This document shows positions 48,546-61,295 of a stretch of 64,000 bases of DNA, in pieces (positions within the stretch are counted from its first letter, which is position 1; every line of letters begins with the position of its first letter). The notes under the pieces are model-generated. The model ran no database searches. It worked only from the letters and a program-made list of their open reading frames with translations, and was not told the DNA's origin. This stretch comes from Dictyostelium discoideum. Taxonomy: Eukaryota. Location of the stretch: positions 2,496,001 through 2,560,000 of the forward strand of contig CM000155.2 of NCBI GenBank assembly GCA_000004695.1. The letters are read 5' to 3'. Made by a program: the position numbers and the translations under genes.

Positions 48546-49333
48546 TTAAATAAATTTATCAGTAACAAAAGCAGGAGTTGGAGGACAATCTGGAGTGAAA
48601 TTCCATTTAATATTATCGATCCATAAAGTATTGGTTTGATTTTTATTATTATAAAAAGATAATGAATATTCAATATCATTTTTTGATTTTATTTTTGAAG
48701 CAGGGATTGTAATTTCAGTCCATTGCCAACCTAATGTTGGTAAAGTGTAAGAACCAACTTGTCCCACATAAACCTGTAAAGCACTAATTGGTGGGGCTGC
48801 TCTAATAGTAAAACTTAATGATTTTATATACTTTGTTTGAAAACCACCCTCTCTGGTGAAATGTAAACCTCCATATCCTTTTAATTCAACTTGAATTAAT
48901 TTTTTACCCATTGATGCTTTTTTATTGGTTTCGTGAGATTCCAAATTAATATAATCAAATTTCCAACTGAAATAGGTCACCCATCCAAGTCCTAGGGATT
49001 CTTGATAAACATAATCTGGTAATTTACCCATCTCACATTTCTTTTCAGATTCTCTTAAAACCAATGCACTACTTGACTTTTGTGTTGGTGGTGCAAATTG
49101 TTTCTTAATATCAATCATTTGGCCTGATGGTGGTTTATTAAATTTATATGATAGGGTTTGACCATCAATACCTGTCAAAATTAATGTTGCTGGAAATTGT
49201 AATTTTGCTCCGCCACCTTCTTGATTCCATGTATATTTTCCCAAATCTCTTTTTAATGTACTAATTCTTGACATTCCTGTTCCCATCAACTGAACTTGTT
49301 TAATCTTAAAATTAAATATATATTAATTTATTA

Positions 49334-49364
<31 letters not shown>

Positions 49365-49854
49365 GATTTTATAATATTGTTTCATTTACTTACACCAATA
49401 TTAAAATTTGAAAAACTAACATGAAAATAATAAGAGTAGTCAGGTCTTCCAGCAATGGAACCACCCCCAAAAACCGCTTTTATATATCCACTAAATCCAC
49501 AAGACACTTTTTGATAACCCAAAGAATAAATATTGCCATATGCACTTGAATTACCAATTTTATTAAAATCTTTTTTTGAAATGATAAAATTGAATAGTTC
49601 TTTTTGTTGGCATGCATCACCAGCATCACATCCATCTGTTATCATAACAACTGTGCTTCCTAGTGGGCCTGTTAATTCATAACATTCCCCACATCTTGAA
49701 CCTTTATCAAATGCAAAAACATTCAATGCTGCTGTTCCAATAACTCCTGGTAACGGTAAACCACATTGACCACCATCTGTTGAACTTTCACCATTTGGAA
49801 CACATCTAGCTTTCTAATAATAATAATTATTATAATTATAATAATAACAATATA

Positions 49855-49937
<83 letters not shown>

Positions 49938-50079
49938 TAATAAAAATGATTTAGTTATTTTTTTTTATGCATTCTTTTTTTCTTTTACTTACTCCACATT
50001 CACTAATTTTTATATTTGTCGAATTTATAGTTTTAAATGTAGATAGAATTAATAGAATTATTAACTTTAAAGTTCTCAT
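48546..50079 (-). CDS. Expansin-like protein (paralogue 3), 421 aa. Same exon structure but it ends immediately after the second domain, with no S/G linker and no hydrophobic tail. Exons (minus): 49993..50079, 49394..49813, 48546..49304.
   Basis: Exon 1 MRTLKLIILLILSTFKTINSTNIKISECG + GTAAGT. Exon 2 ...SRCGECYELTGPLGSTVVMITDGCDAGDACQQKELFNFIISKKDFNKIGNSSAYGNIYSLGYQKVSCGF...FSNFNIG + GTAAGT (420 nt, same as paralogue 2). Exon 3 IKQVQLMGTG...WNQEGGGAKLQFPATLILTGIDGQ...FTREGGFQTKYI...TPDCPPTPAFVTDKFI-stop. First intron contains an (ATT)n block. Confidence 0.75.
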
Positions 50080-50934
50080 TTTATCCTATTTTTAATTTAT
50101 TTTTAATGCATAAAGGATTCTTATTTTAGAATTTAAAATTTTAAATTCTTTTATTTTCTATTTATACTAAATTTATGATTATTATTTTCTATTTTTTTTT
50201 AATTTTTATTATTTTATTATATATATTTTTTTTAGTGAAATTTAATATATTTAATCATGAGTTAATAGATATATAAAACCAACATCACACCCAGACCCCC
50301 CCCCCCCTTTATAAATCCATTATTAAACCACTCACAACCACATTATTTTATTTTAAATTATTATTTATTTTTTTGTATTTTAAAAATTAAAAATAACAAT
50401 CACCCACCAAAATAAAATTTCCTTTTTTATTTAATATTAATATATAAATAGGGTAATGATTGAAAGAATATTAATAATCTTTATTAATAATAAAAAATGA
50501 TATTTTTAAAAAAGATTTGTAAAACATCAAATAATTGAATTGTTATTCTAATAGTAGATTTTTAAACCAAGAATAATAGTAAAATGAATAATAAATTTGT
50601 GATGATAAATGTGATGACGAAATTTTATCTTTTTTTAATCCTTTCATCTCTTTAGCTCTCTTTTATTTTTAAATTATTTTTTACAAAGTAAATATTAAAT
50701 GAATAAATGGGAAACAACAATAAAAATATAAAAATAGTAATTACATAATTTCAATTAATTTATAATAAATAAAACATATTAATATATTCATAATAATAAA
50801 AATGATATAAAATAAAAAACCCCATTATTTTTTAATACAAAAACAAAGTCAATTTATTTTATATATGTATATATATATTTTTTTATAAAAAAAAAAAAAT
50901 AAAGTTGTATTAATATTTTTATTTTTATATGAGA

Positions 50935-53900
50935 TCAAATATGACTATTTTGATTTGGTCTTAGTAATGAAGGTTGTTGTTGAAATTTAAAAGATCCTTG
51001 ATATATATTTGTACCAACTGGATTATAATTATTATTATTACTATTATTATTATTATTATAATTATTATAATTATTATTATTATTATTATAATTATTATAA
51101 TTATTATTATTATAATTATTATAATTATTATTATTATTATTATTATTATTTGGATTTAAAAGTTCTTTTTTATATTCTTCAATTGCAGCTTTAATTTCTT
51201 CTTCAGTTAATTTACCATATTCATCACCAGTGAAATAAGCATAAACATCTTTGATACCAATGATAGCTTGTTTATTTTCTCTAATGACTTTATTGAAAAT
51301 TGGATCAGTACCATGTTCCAACTCACGATTAATTGAAACGACATCATAAGGAATATCAACCAATTCACCGATTTTGAGTCTAATATCTTCTTCGACATTT
51401 TTAGGAGTTTCAGAATCGACAGCTCTCTTTGAGAGAGTTTGTTTATAGATCATTTGAGTATAAGTTTTTTGTTCACCAGTACCAGCCATAACAAGGGTAT
51501 AAACGTGAACTTGATTCTTTTGACCCATTCTATAACATCTATAAACGGCTTGTCTATCGTGAACTGGATTCCAACTTAGATCCATAAGTATGACTCTAGT
51601 ACCACCGGTTAAATTTGTACCTAAACTACCAGCTTTAGTTGAAATTAAAAACAATTTAATATCATTAGCCATATCATTGAATTGATCGATAAGTCTTTGT
51701 CTAGTTTTAGTTGGAGTTGAACCATCCAATCTAAAATAATCTCTACCAGCTTTCCAACCCAACTTTTTTTGAATGAAATATTCCAATTGATTAAGTGTTG
51801 AAATTGAGAAACTAAATGTAACCACTCTTTCATTATTTTGATTGAAATGTTTGAGCATACTAAAGAATAATACAAATTTATTACTTCTTTCAACTATACC
51901 TCTTCTATAACCAATTTGATTGAAATAAGTTGAAAACACTGATGGTTGTAACAGATCGGATGCTTTAATCTCATTTAAATGAATAACACGTTGAATTAAT
52001 TCATTTTTATAGATGATATCAGCTGTTGGTACATCATTTGCCTTTAGAATAGATTTTAATTCTGAAATCGATTTCTTTTCCAAATCTTTTGTTACCAATG
52101 GTTTCTTTTCTAGTAAACCATCTGGATGATTACAAACCACTGTTAAAACTTCATATTGCGCGAAATGATCATTGAAATTACTATTTTGTATTGAAATTTC
52201 CAAGAGTTTACTTTGTATATCGGTTCTTTTCACTAGAATCATCTTTTCAGATTTAGAAACTTGCATTTCTCTATCTAAAACCTCTGGTCCTAATCTTTGT
52301 ACGAAATCTTTAATCAATGATTGTAATGCTGCTAATCTACCTCTCATCAGCTTGATATCTCTTTCATTTGATTCACTCTTTGTACCTGCTGCTATTGGTT
52401 TAACGAATCTGTCTTTAAATTCTTTTTCATTACCTAAATGAAGTGGACGAATGTAATCAATCATAGTATAATACTCCATGAGATTATTTTGTAATGGGTA
52501 ACCAGTTAACAATACTTTTCTATGGGTTTTAATTAGATTGGCAGCATCTGAGATTTTAGTTTTAGTGGATTTCAAACGATGACCTTCATCTACAATTAAG
52601 AAATCAGTTTCTAATATCTTTGCAATCGATGGATGTCTCTCTTTGATATGTCTATTGATTGTGGATGAGAATGATTCAAAAGTCATTGCTAATACACCCC
52701 CACCACTGAACCAATTATCAAATGTTGGAAAACGTCTAACCAAATCCTTATGACGTGGTGCAAACACTCTGATGTTGGTGCTCTTTTCTGATTTTGGTAA
52801 CCATTTCTTAAATTCTTTCTCCCAATTGTATAAAGTATTGGCAGGTACAATCAAGAGATACTTTGTACCCTTATGATATCTATTGTGAGTGTGTAAGAAT
52901 GCTATCACTTGTAATGATTTACCCAAACCCATTGAATGTGCTAAAATGCAACCTTTACCTTTGAAAACCATATTGTCCCAAAGAAATTGTACACCAGAAT
53001 GTTGATGAGGCTTTAAGAAACATCCAATCTCTGGATCCAATAGAATATCTTCACCTTTACCATTAGCACTTTTATTACCTGGGAAAATGAATAATTTATC
53101 TCTTGCCACACCTTCTGAACTTCTAGCTGCTCTCATTTCTTCGATTTGTTTATTCTCAATCTCTTCTTCTTTTCTAACTCTAAGTGTTTGTCTATTTACA
53201 TTATTAACGCTTTGAACTTCCATTTTTTTAGTTTGTAATCTTGTTTTTGATATTGGTGGTGATGTTGATGACGATGACGATGATGAGGACGACCTTAATG
53301 ATGATAGAGTGGTTTGTTTTAATGGTGGTGTAGTTTTATTGCTGCTTCTGGTGTTAATAACGCTCATTTCAATATCTGAAGATTCTGAACTAAGTTCATC
53401 ATCACTTTCACTACTTGAAATGGTGATTTCACCTTCACCACTTTCACTACCACTACCACTAATACTTTCACTTGAATCTGAATATTTTATAAATTGTTCC
53501 AATTCACTATCTTCTTCACTTTCACTCTCACTCTCAATAATATTCTTTGGGGTTGTTGAAGATCTTCTAGCTCTTATAGTTCCACCAATACTTCTTCTTC
53601 TCCTTTTTCTTCTTGTTGCTGCTGCTGTTGTTGTTGTTGTTGTTGTTGTCTTTGGTTTTTGTGGTTTATAACTATCAGAGGTTGAACTATCCAAATCATC
53701 ATCCATTTCACCTTCACCATCACTACCATCACTAATTACAATTCTTGCTCCATTTGATGAATCTATAATACTCAAATCGTCACTATCATCCGATAAATCG
53801 ATTGTTAAACTTGCTTTTCTCAATCTTCTATTATTATATACCTTTGTTTTTGTTAATCCCTCCAATTTTGAATCTAAATCTTGTGCACGATGTGCTTTTA

Positions 53901-55833
53901 TTTTTAACTCTTCCTCTTCCTCCTCCTCTTCATCTTCATCGGTTGTAGTGGTACTAACAATTTTTCTTTTTTTATCATTTGTGTCCCCCTCTTCATCATC
54001 ATCATCATCATCATCATCACCATCACCATCTCCTCCCCACATATTATAATCGTCATCATCATCATTATTATTTCTACTAGTTTGTGGTGGAAATTTTGGT
54101 TCACCTGGTTTCTTTCTTTTCTTTTGTGATGGATTCGATGGGTTCCAAAGGTCTTCTAAATCTAATTTCGAAGTTACTGGAGTAGTAGTAGTTGTTGTTG
54201 TGGTGGTAGTGGTTGATTTTTGTTTTTCACTTTCACTTTCACTTTCATTTTCACTATCATTTTCATTTTCACCTTTATTTTCATGAAGTGAGGATTGTTG
54301 AGATAATAAATTATCTTCATTCCAATCATCAGGACTATCGTCATCGTCATCATCAGTTTCTTGTTGAACAACAATTAATTTTGATTTTTGTGCACTTGAT
54401 GATTGTTGTTGTTGTTGTTGTTGTTGCTGTTGTTGCTGTTGTTGCTGTTTAATTTGTGATGGTGATTCTACATATTCTGGTGGAGGTTTTTGGCTGTGTA
54501 ACATATCGACAATCCATTCCTCTTTCCAAAAATCTTCAAAAGTTTGACTTATCGCTTTATAAACTTTTGGTGAAAATTCATATTGAAAGTCATTAAATAA
54601 TTTACATTTTCTAGCGTTATATTCAAAATATCTCTTTTCTCTAATCTTTATAACTTCCATATTTTTTCTAGACAAATTCCATAATGGTAAAGCCATCTTT
54701 TTCAAACTATCTATATTCTTTTCAAACCACTCTCTCTTTCTCTCTGCGATATAGTCTTCAATAACTTCTAAATCTACGATTTTATTTGACTGTAATTGTA
54801 ATTGTGATAAAGGATTTGATTGTTGTAAAAATTGTGAAACAAGTCCACCACCACCACCACCCCTATTCTGATCACTTTTATTTTTATTTTGTTCATAATA
54901 CATTAAATCCTCTTCTTTCTCCCTCTTTCTTTGTTCTCTACTCTTTAAATTCTCTAGATCTCTTTGTTCTTGAGTTTTACTTGATCTATTTACTTTTCCA
55001 TCTGTATCCATTTTATCTTCATTTTCATTTTCATCATCATCCTCTTTTTCTTTATCTTTTTCTATCTTTTCTTTTTCTAACTTTTCTTTTAGTGATTTTT
55101 CTTTTTCCAACTTTTCTTTAAGTAATTTTTCTAGTCTCTCTTTTTCTAATCTTTCTTTTTCTAATCTTTCTTTTTCTAATCTTTCTCTTTCTACTCTTTC
55201 TTTTTCTAAGCTTTCTTTTTCCAATCTTTCTTTTTCCAACTGTTCTCTTAGTGATTTTTCTTTTTCTAGTCTCTCTTTTTCCAGTCTCTCTTTTTCTTGT
55301 CTCTCTTTTTCTAGTCTCTCTTTTTCTACTCTTTCTTTTTCTAGTCTCTCTTTTTCTAATCTTTCTTTTTCTAATCTTTCTTTTTCTAATCTTTCTAATC
55401 TTTCTTTTTCTAATCTTTCTTTTTCTAATCTTTCTTTTTCTAATCTTTCTTTTTCTAATCTCTCTTTTTCTAATCTTTCTTTTTCTAATTTCTCTTTTTC
55501 TAATCTTTCTTTTTCTAATCTTTCTAATCTTTCTTTTTCTAATCTTTCTTTTTCTAATCTTTCTTTTTCCAATTTTTCTAATTTTTCTTTTTCTAATTTT
55601 TCTTTTTCTAATTTTTCTTTTTCTAATTTTTCTTTTTCCAACTTTTCTTTTTCTAATCTTTCTAATCTTTCTTTTTCTAATCTTTCCTTTTCTAATTTTT
55701 CCTTTTCTAATTTCTTTTTTTCTTTGTTTTTTTCTTTATCACTTTTATATACATTTGGTGCTTTTTCTTCTTCAATTTTTAATAATCTGTTATTTTCATC
55801 ATTTTTTGGTTTGATATCAAATTGTTTGGTTGT

Positions 55834-55864
<31 letters not shown>

Positions 55865-57640
55865 TTTGAAATAGTTTCTTTTTTATTTGATTTCTTTCCT
55901 TTTCCATCTCTTTCATTGTCGGTTGAGGTTGATCTAGATCTTGTCATTGGCATTGATCCACTTTCACTACCACTAAAGCTACAACTTCTACTTCTACTTT
56001 CAATAGTTGAAGTACTACCTGTACTTCTACTCCTGTTCAATGACGGACTATGATCTCTACTTTCTCTACTACTGCTGCTACTACTGCTGCTACTACTAGA
56101 ACGACTTCTACTACGACTTCTTTGTGTTATTTTACCTTTACCTTTACTTTTACTACTACTTTTGTTTGTTTCATCTACACTACTATCTGATTCCATATCA
56201 ACATCCTCTCTATCAACTATGGAAGGATTTTTAAATTTATTATTTTTATTTTTATTATTATCATCATCAATATTATCTTTTTCAAATCCACTACCTCTCA
56301 CCATAGTTAATCTCTTTTTTTGTGGTGTGTGTACTAAATCTGTAAGTTTTAATTCGTCAACACCACTACCGCTACCACTACCATCTTTTTCATCATCATC
56401 TGTTTGCGATTTAGTACTTGTGATATCTTCAATACGATCTTCATACTCTAAACTAAAATCATTATCATCGTCATCATCTTCATAATTATTATTGTTATTA
56501 TTATTAGTATTAGTATTATTATTATTATTTAATGCATTTGAAATATCATTATCAGAATTACCATCATCTTTGCTAACATCTAAAAAATTAATATTATGAT
56601 GCATTGTATCTTCGGAATAAGATTGCATATGAGAATTTCTCCTATTATTATCTTCAAGGGATGTCTCTAACAATGTTCCCAAACTATTTTTAAATTCACT
56701 ACCAGTATGTGATGCTGAAAATGCATTTTTAACTGCAACTTGAAATGCTTCTGATTGTAAAAAATCTTCGATAAACTTTCTTTGATCATTACCATCATTT
56801 TTATTATTATTGTTATTATTATTATTGTTATTATTATTATTTTCAGAAACTGGTGTATTATGAATCTTTTTATTATCGCTTTCTAATATTATTATAAAAT
56901 ATATACATAAATTTATTAGTTATTAGAGATATATATATACATAATTTATTAAATAAAATTTAAAAATTACCTTTAAATTGTTTAATTGATCTTTTAATAT
57001 CAATGATATCACCAATTTTAAAACTCATCATATTTAAATGCTCATCAGTTAATAAAATGAATTGATCCCATTGTGTAATTTTTTGATCTTCTAATACTGG
57101 TTGATATTGTAATAGATCCAATCTTGTCAATAAATCTTTAATATTATTATCAATAACTTTGGGTCTTTGTATTGGTGTTGATACAGGTTGAATTGCTCTA
57201 TTTTCATTATTTTGTTTATTTACACTTTTAATTAATATATTATTTTTTGGTTTTGGTAATGTCGTTAAATTTGTAGGTGTTGTAGGTGTTGTAGGTGTTG
57301 TAGGTGTTGCCGTTGTCGTCGTCGTTCCTTTAGATTTTGGTGTTGTTGTTGTTGTTGTTGTTGTCGTTGTTGTGTTTGTAGGTGTTATTGGCGTTGTTGG
57401 TGTTGTTGTATGCGTTGGAGTGGATGGTAGTTGAACAATACTATGCTTCTTTGTAATCACACCACCCGTCGATTTACTCTTTTTAAATAGATTGGCAGAA
57501 TTTGATTTATCAATATTACTATTGTTATTATTTATACCATCGCTGTTGTTGTTATTGTTGTTATTGTTGTTGTTGTTCTTGTTATTTTTCTTATTGTTTG
57601 TGTTGTTATCATTATCATTTATTTTATTATTTGTGCTCAT
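50935..57640 (-). CDS. SNF2-family DNA-dependent ATPase (ATRX / RAD54L2-ARIP4-like helicase core), about 2200 aa. Two exons (minus): 56971..57640 and 50935..56882. N-terminal T/P-rich region, SAM-like domain, a long ([10 protein letters not shown])n charged repeat and poly-Q.
   Basis: Helicase motifs [19 protein letters not shown] (I), [11 protein letters not shown] (II), [15 protein letters not shown] (III), ...[40 protein letters not shown] (V-VI). Upstream exon begins with ATG 57638-57640 ([10 protein letters not shown]...) and ends ...[28 protein letters not shown] (SAM-like) + GTAATT. Acceptor attAG at 56883-56885 gives phase-1 continuation ...[19 protein letters not shown]... into the 1915-codon ORF. 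Confidence 0.85.
55080..55730 (-). repeat. Coding 15-bp tandem repeat (about 40 units) encoding ([10 protein letters not shown])n within the SNF2 gene
   Basis: Plus strand reads ttctttttctaatct repeated. Protein reads [17 protein letters not shown].... The antisense strand generates the spurious poly-LFLIF ORF 55251..55814. Confidence 0.9.
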
Positions 57641-57977
57641 CGTTTTGGTATCTATCTCACAATCATTGAGCAACCTTTATTTATACAAATGCTCTGAAAA
57701 AAAGAAAATAAAAAAATAAATTAAAAAACACCAAAAAAAAAAATTAAAAAATAAATTAAAAAAAAAAAAAAAAAAAAAAAATAGTATTTGGGGAATAAAT
57801 TTCGAAAGATGTTTAAGTTTCATCCATTTTTTTGATAAAAATCTTTTTAATTTTTTATTTTTTATTTTTTTTTTTTGTTATCCATAAGCCTACTCCCCAC
57901 ACAACAAAAAAATATCAGATAATCCATAAAATCAAATATTTTTATTTTTTTTATTTTTTTATTTTTTTATTTTTTAA

Positions 57978-58185
57978 TTATGATTTAATATTTGATAATC
58001 TTTCAAATAATTTCAACCCAAATTGTTTTTGAAATTCTGGGCTATAATACATTAATAAATTTGGTAATGAATCAAATGATTTTTGAAAATCTAGACCTTC
58101 TTCTAACTGAGTATCTTTAGTTTTATTTATGTATTCAATTATCTAATTGGTGTGTGTATAGTACAATAATTAATAAAATGTTTGG

Positions 58186-58225
<40 letters not shown>

Positions 58226-58422
58226 ATATAATATACACATACAGAATAACCATCAACTAAAGACATTTTAATTAATAATTCTAAATTATCTTTTGTATTG
58301 GTTTTTATAACAGCAACGTGATTAATCTCAGAAATAGGATGATCTAAAACCAATTCAACTTTTTCAACACCATATTCAATATCATTTATAGCATCATCAA
58401 TTTCCTCTTTAAAATTATTCAT
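57978..58422 (-). CDS. Small two-exon gene, 114 aa, unknown function. Exons (minus): 58243..58422 and 57978..58142.
   Basis: MNNFKEEIDDAINDIEYGVEKVELVLDHPISEINHVAVIKTNTKDNLELLIKMSLVDGYS + GTATGT (58237-58242 rc). 100-nt intron containing (TA)n. Acceptor aattAG then IIEYINKTKDTQLEEGLDFQKSFDSLPNLLMYYSPEFQKQFGLKLFERLSNIKS-TAA (stop 57978-57980). Phase 0 on both sides. Confidence 0.5.
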
Positions 58423-58476
58423 TCCTTTTTTTTTTTTTATATATATTAAAATTTCAGTGTGAAAGTGATGTTAATT

Positions 58477-58520
<44 letters not shown>

Positions 58521-58545
58521 AAAATAACCACCATGTTATTAATCA

Positions 58546-58576
<31 letters not shown>

Positions 58577-58629
58577 ATAAAATTAAAATTAAAATTATTT
58601 ATTTATTATTTTTGTTTTTATTTCTATTT

Positions 58630-59329
58630 TTATTGTTGTGATGCAAGTTGATTAATTTTTACATTTGCTTCTTTATATCCATCTAATGATTCCATTTGTT
58701 TTTTCCAATTTTCAATTGCTTTATATGGTGAAAAATCATATTTTATTCCTTCTAATTGTTTAAGTTCAGAATAACATGAAAAATCAGCAATTGTTAAACG
58801 ATCACCAACAATATATTTGTTTTTACCATTTTTTAAAAAAACATTTTCAATTTGTTTTAAACCAATTGGTACACCTTCTTCAGCATTTAAATTTTTATCA
58901 TTATATAAATCAGTACCAAATTTTGGCATTAAATATTTTTGAGCAAATAATGATTGTGAATAAGCTCTAATTCCTAAATGCATCCAATCTAAATATGTAT
59001 CAACTTTAGTTTTTTCTAATAATGTTTCACCATAATATTGGTTTAAATTAAATTCTTGTGATAAAAATCTTAAAATATTATGTGACTCAATATAAATTTC
59101 GCCTTTATATTTCAATGCTGGCATTTTTTGTAATGGATTTCTAAAAAAAAATTAAAATTTTTTTAAAATTTATTTAAATAATAAAATAAAATAAAATAAA
59201 ATAAATATTTACATTTTTTTGGATTCTTCTGTTCTAGCTTCTTTTTTTCCAAGTAAAATTTCATGGAGTTCAAAATCTATTTTATTAAAAACTAAAAACC
59301 AATAAACAGCACGAACGGGTTGTGATACT

Positions 59330-59371
<42 letters not shown>

Positions 59372-59516
59372 AAGAAAAAGAATAAAATAAAAAATTGAAT
59401 TAAATAATTTTAATATTTGGTAACTTAATTAAATAGTAAAAATAATTTTTTTAAAAAAAAAAAAAAAAAAAAAGAAATTTACTTAAATCACCATATAAAA
59501 TTATTTTATCTGACAT
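58630..59516 (-). CDS. Glutathione S-transferase, theta-class-like, 219 aa. Exons (minus): 59483..59516, 59213..59327, 58630..59140.
   Basis: MSDKIILYGDL-I-SQPVRAVYWFLVFNKIDFELHEILLGKKEARTEESKK-I-NPLQKMPALKYKGEIYIESHNILRFL... (theta GST LYYDLMSQPSRAV...FLQINSLGKLPTL...ESSAIL). C-terminal helical GST_C domain. Donors GTAAAT x2, acceptors ttaAG / tttttAG, phases 1 and 2, 660 nt total. Confidence 0.85.
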
Positions 59517-60039
59517 TTTTATTTGTATTTTTGTGAAGTATTAAATTAAAATAAATTAAAAGTAAAAAAAAAAAAAATATTATTATTGTGTGTAAAAAAA
59601 AAAAAAATAAAAAAAAAAAATAAATTTAAAAAATGGGGGTATTGTAAATTTATTGAACAAGCAAAGATTTAATATAAAATTTTATATTAAACTTTGTGTT
59701 ACTGATATAAAGTTCTCCAATATTCGAGAAAAATGGAGAAGCAAGATGGAGAATAAATAAAAAAAAAAAAACACTATACCTAAACCACAACTTTATTTTT
59801 TTTTTTTTTGTAATTGTTATTGGTATTTCAGATTATCCCCCAGTTTTTAAACTATTTTTTTACCAAAAAAAAAAAAAAAAAAAAAATTAAACCATCTTTG
59901 AGTTATTTTAATTTTTTAAATTATTCCCTGGAAAAAAGAACAAAATTAAACAAATAAAAAAAAAAAATAAAAAAGATCTTAAAAAAAAAAGATTGATTTT
60001 GTTTTAAATTATTAAAAAAATTGAATTTTATTAATAAAT

Positions 60040-60944
60040 TTAAGCATCACGAATGACAACAACGTCTGGTTGTGGGATGTTGCAAGCACCGTGGATTTTA
60101 CGGGTTTCGTCGTATGGTAACATAATGGCGACTTTGACACCGAGGGTACCTTGTCTTAATAAGACGTGACGACAGGCGAAATCGATGAAATCTTTTGATG
60201 GTTGACCAGATTTGATCATGTAACCGTCTCTGAATTTCATTGATTTGGCTCTTTGGGCTCTTAATTTACCTGAAACGATAACTTCACAACCTTTAGCACC
60301 ACGGGTCATGATTTGGTGAACGATGGCGTAACAAGCTTTACGAACTGGGAGACCAGCTAATAATTTGAGTTTGAGTGATTCAGCTTGAGCGACGGCACAT
60401 AAACCTCTGTTTAAGATTTTTTCAGCAAAGAGAACGACGGTACCTTCTTTGAAGTTGAATCTCTTTTGGACTAAAGAGCAGAGTTCTTGGATACGACGAG
60501 CGTTTGGACCAACAACAGCTTGGGTCTTTGAAGCACGGATGATGATTTCAGTTAAACCTGGTGAGGTTTTTAATTCAACACCTGAGTAACCTTCATCTTT
60601 GTTGAATTCACGAGTGAACAATTCATTGAGTTCAGCGTGGAAGACACCATCGGCGACGAACTAAAAAAAAAAAATTAAAATATTAATAATTTGTTTGATT
60701 AAATATAATATAATATAAATATTTATTATTAATGGTTGATTTTATTTTAATTGTTTATTTTTTATTATTATTTTTTTTTATTTTTTTTTCAAGATCACAA
60801 AAAATGATTAGTGTTGAAATTCCAATCAATGATTAATTTATTTCCTTTTATTGTTGTTGATTATTTTATTTTTATTTTTATTTTTATTTTCATTTTTAAA
60901 AATTTTACCTTTCTTTTCTTTGAGATTTGTAATGATGAGTTCAT
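60040..60944 (-). CDS. rps3: 40S ribosomal protein S3 (uS3), 218 aa. Exons (minus): 60909..60944 and 60040..60660.
   Basis: [12 protein letters not shown] + GTAAAA, then 248-nt intron, then ttttttttttAG + [51 protein letters not shown]...[21 protein letters not shown]..., near-identical to eukaryotic RPS3. Exon 2 is conspicuously GC-richer than its surroundings, as expected for highly expressed genes. Confidence 0.95.
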
Positions 60945-61256
60945 TTTATTATCTGTTTCTGTGTTAAGGCGAAAAAGGACTAATAATAATTATAAAAAAA
61001 AAATTTACGATTGGAACGAAAAAAAATTTTTTGAAAAATAAAAAAAAAAATAAAAAATAAAAAAAAAAAATTTTACATAGTTTTTTTTTACATAGTGTTT
61101 TTTTTTTACATAGTTTTCTGGGTTTTTTATGAGAATTTTGTGAGCATGTTTTTTTTTATTTTTTTGATATTTTATTTATTTTTGGTCCAAGAAATAAAAA
61201 AGAAAAAAGACAAACGAGGGGTTAACTTTTTTTTTTATTTTACTTTTTATTATTAC

Positions 61257-61295
<39 letters not shown>

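Noticed and set aside
50974-56485. Numerous short plus-strand ORFs (poly-I, poly-Y, LFLIF repeats, etc.)
   Set aside because: All lie antisense to the SNF2 gene's poly-N, (KERLE)n and poly-D/S regions.
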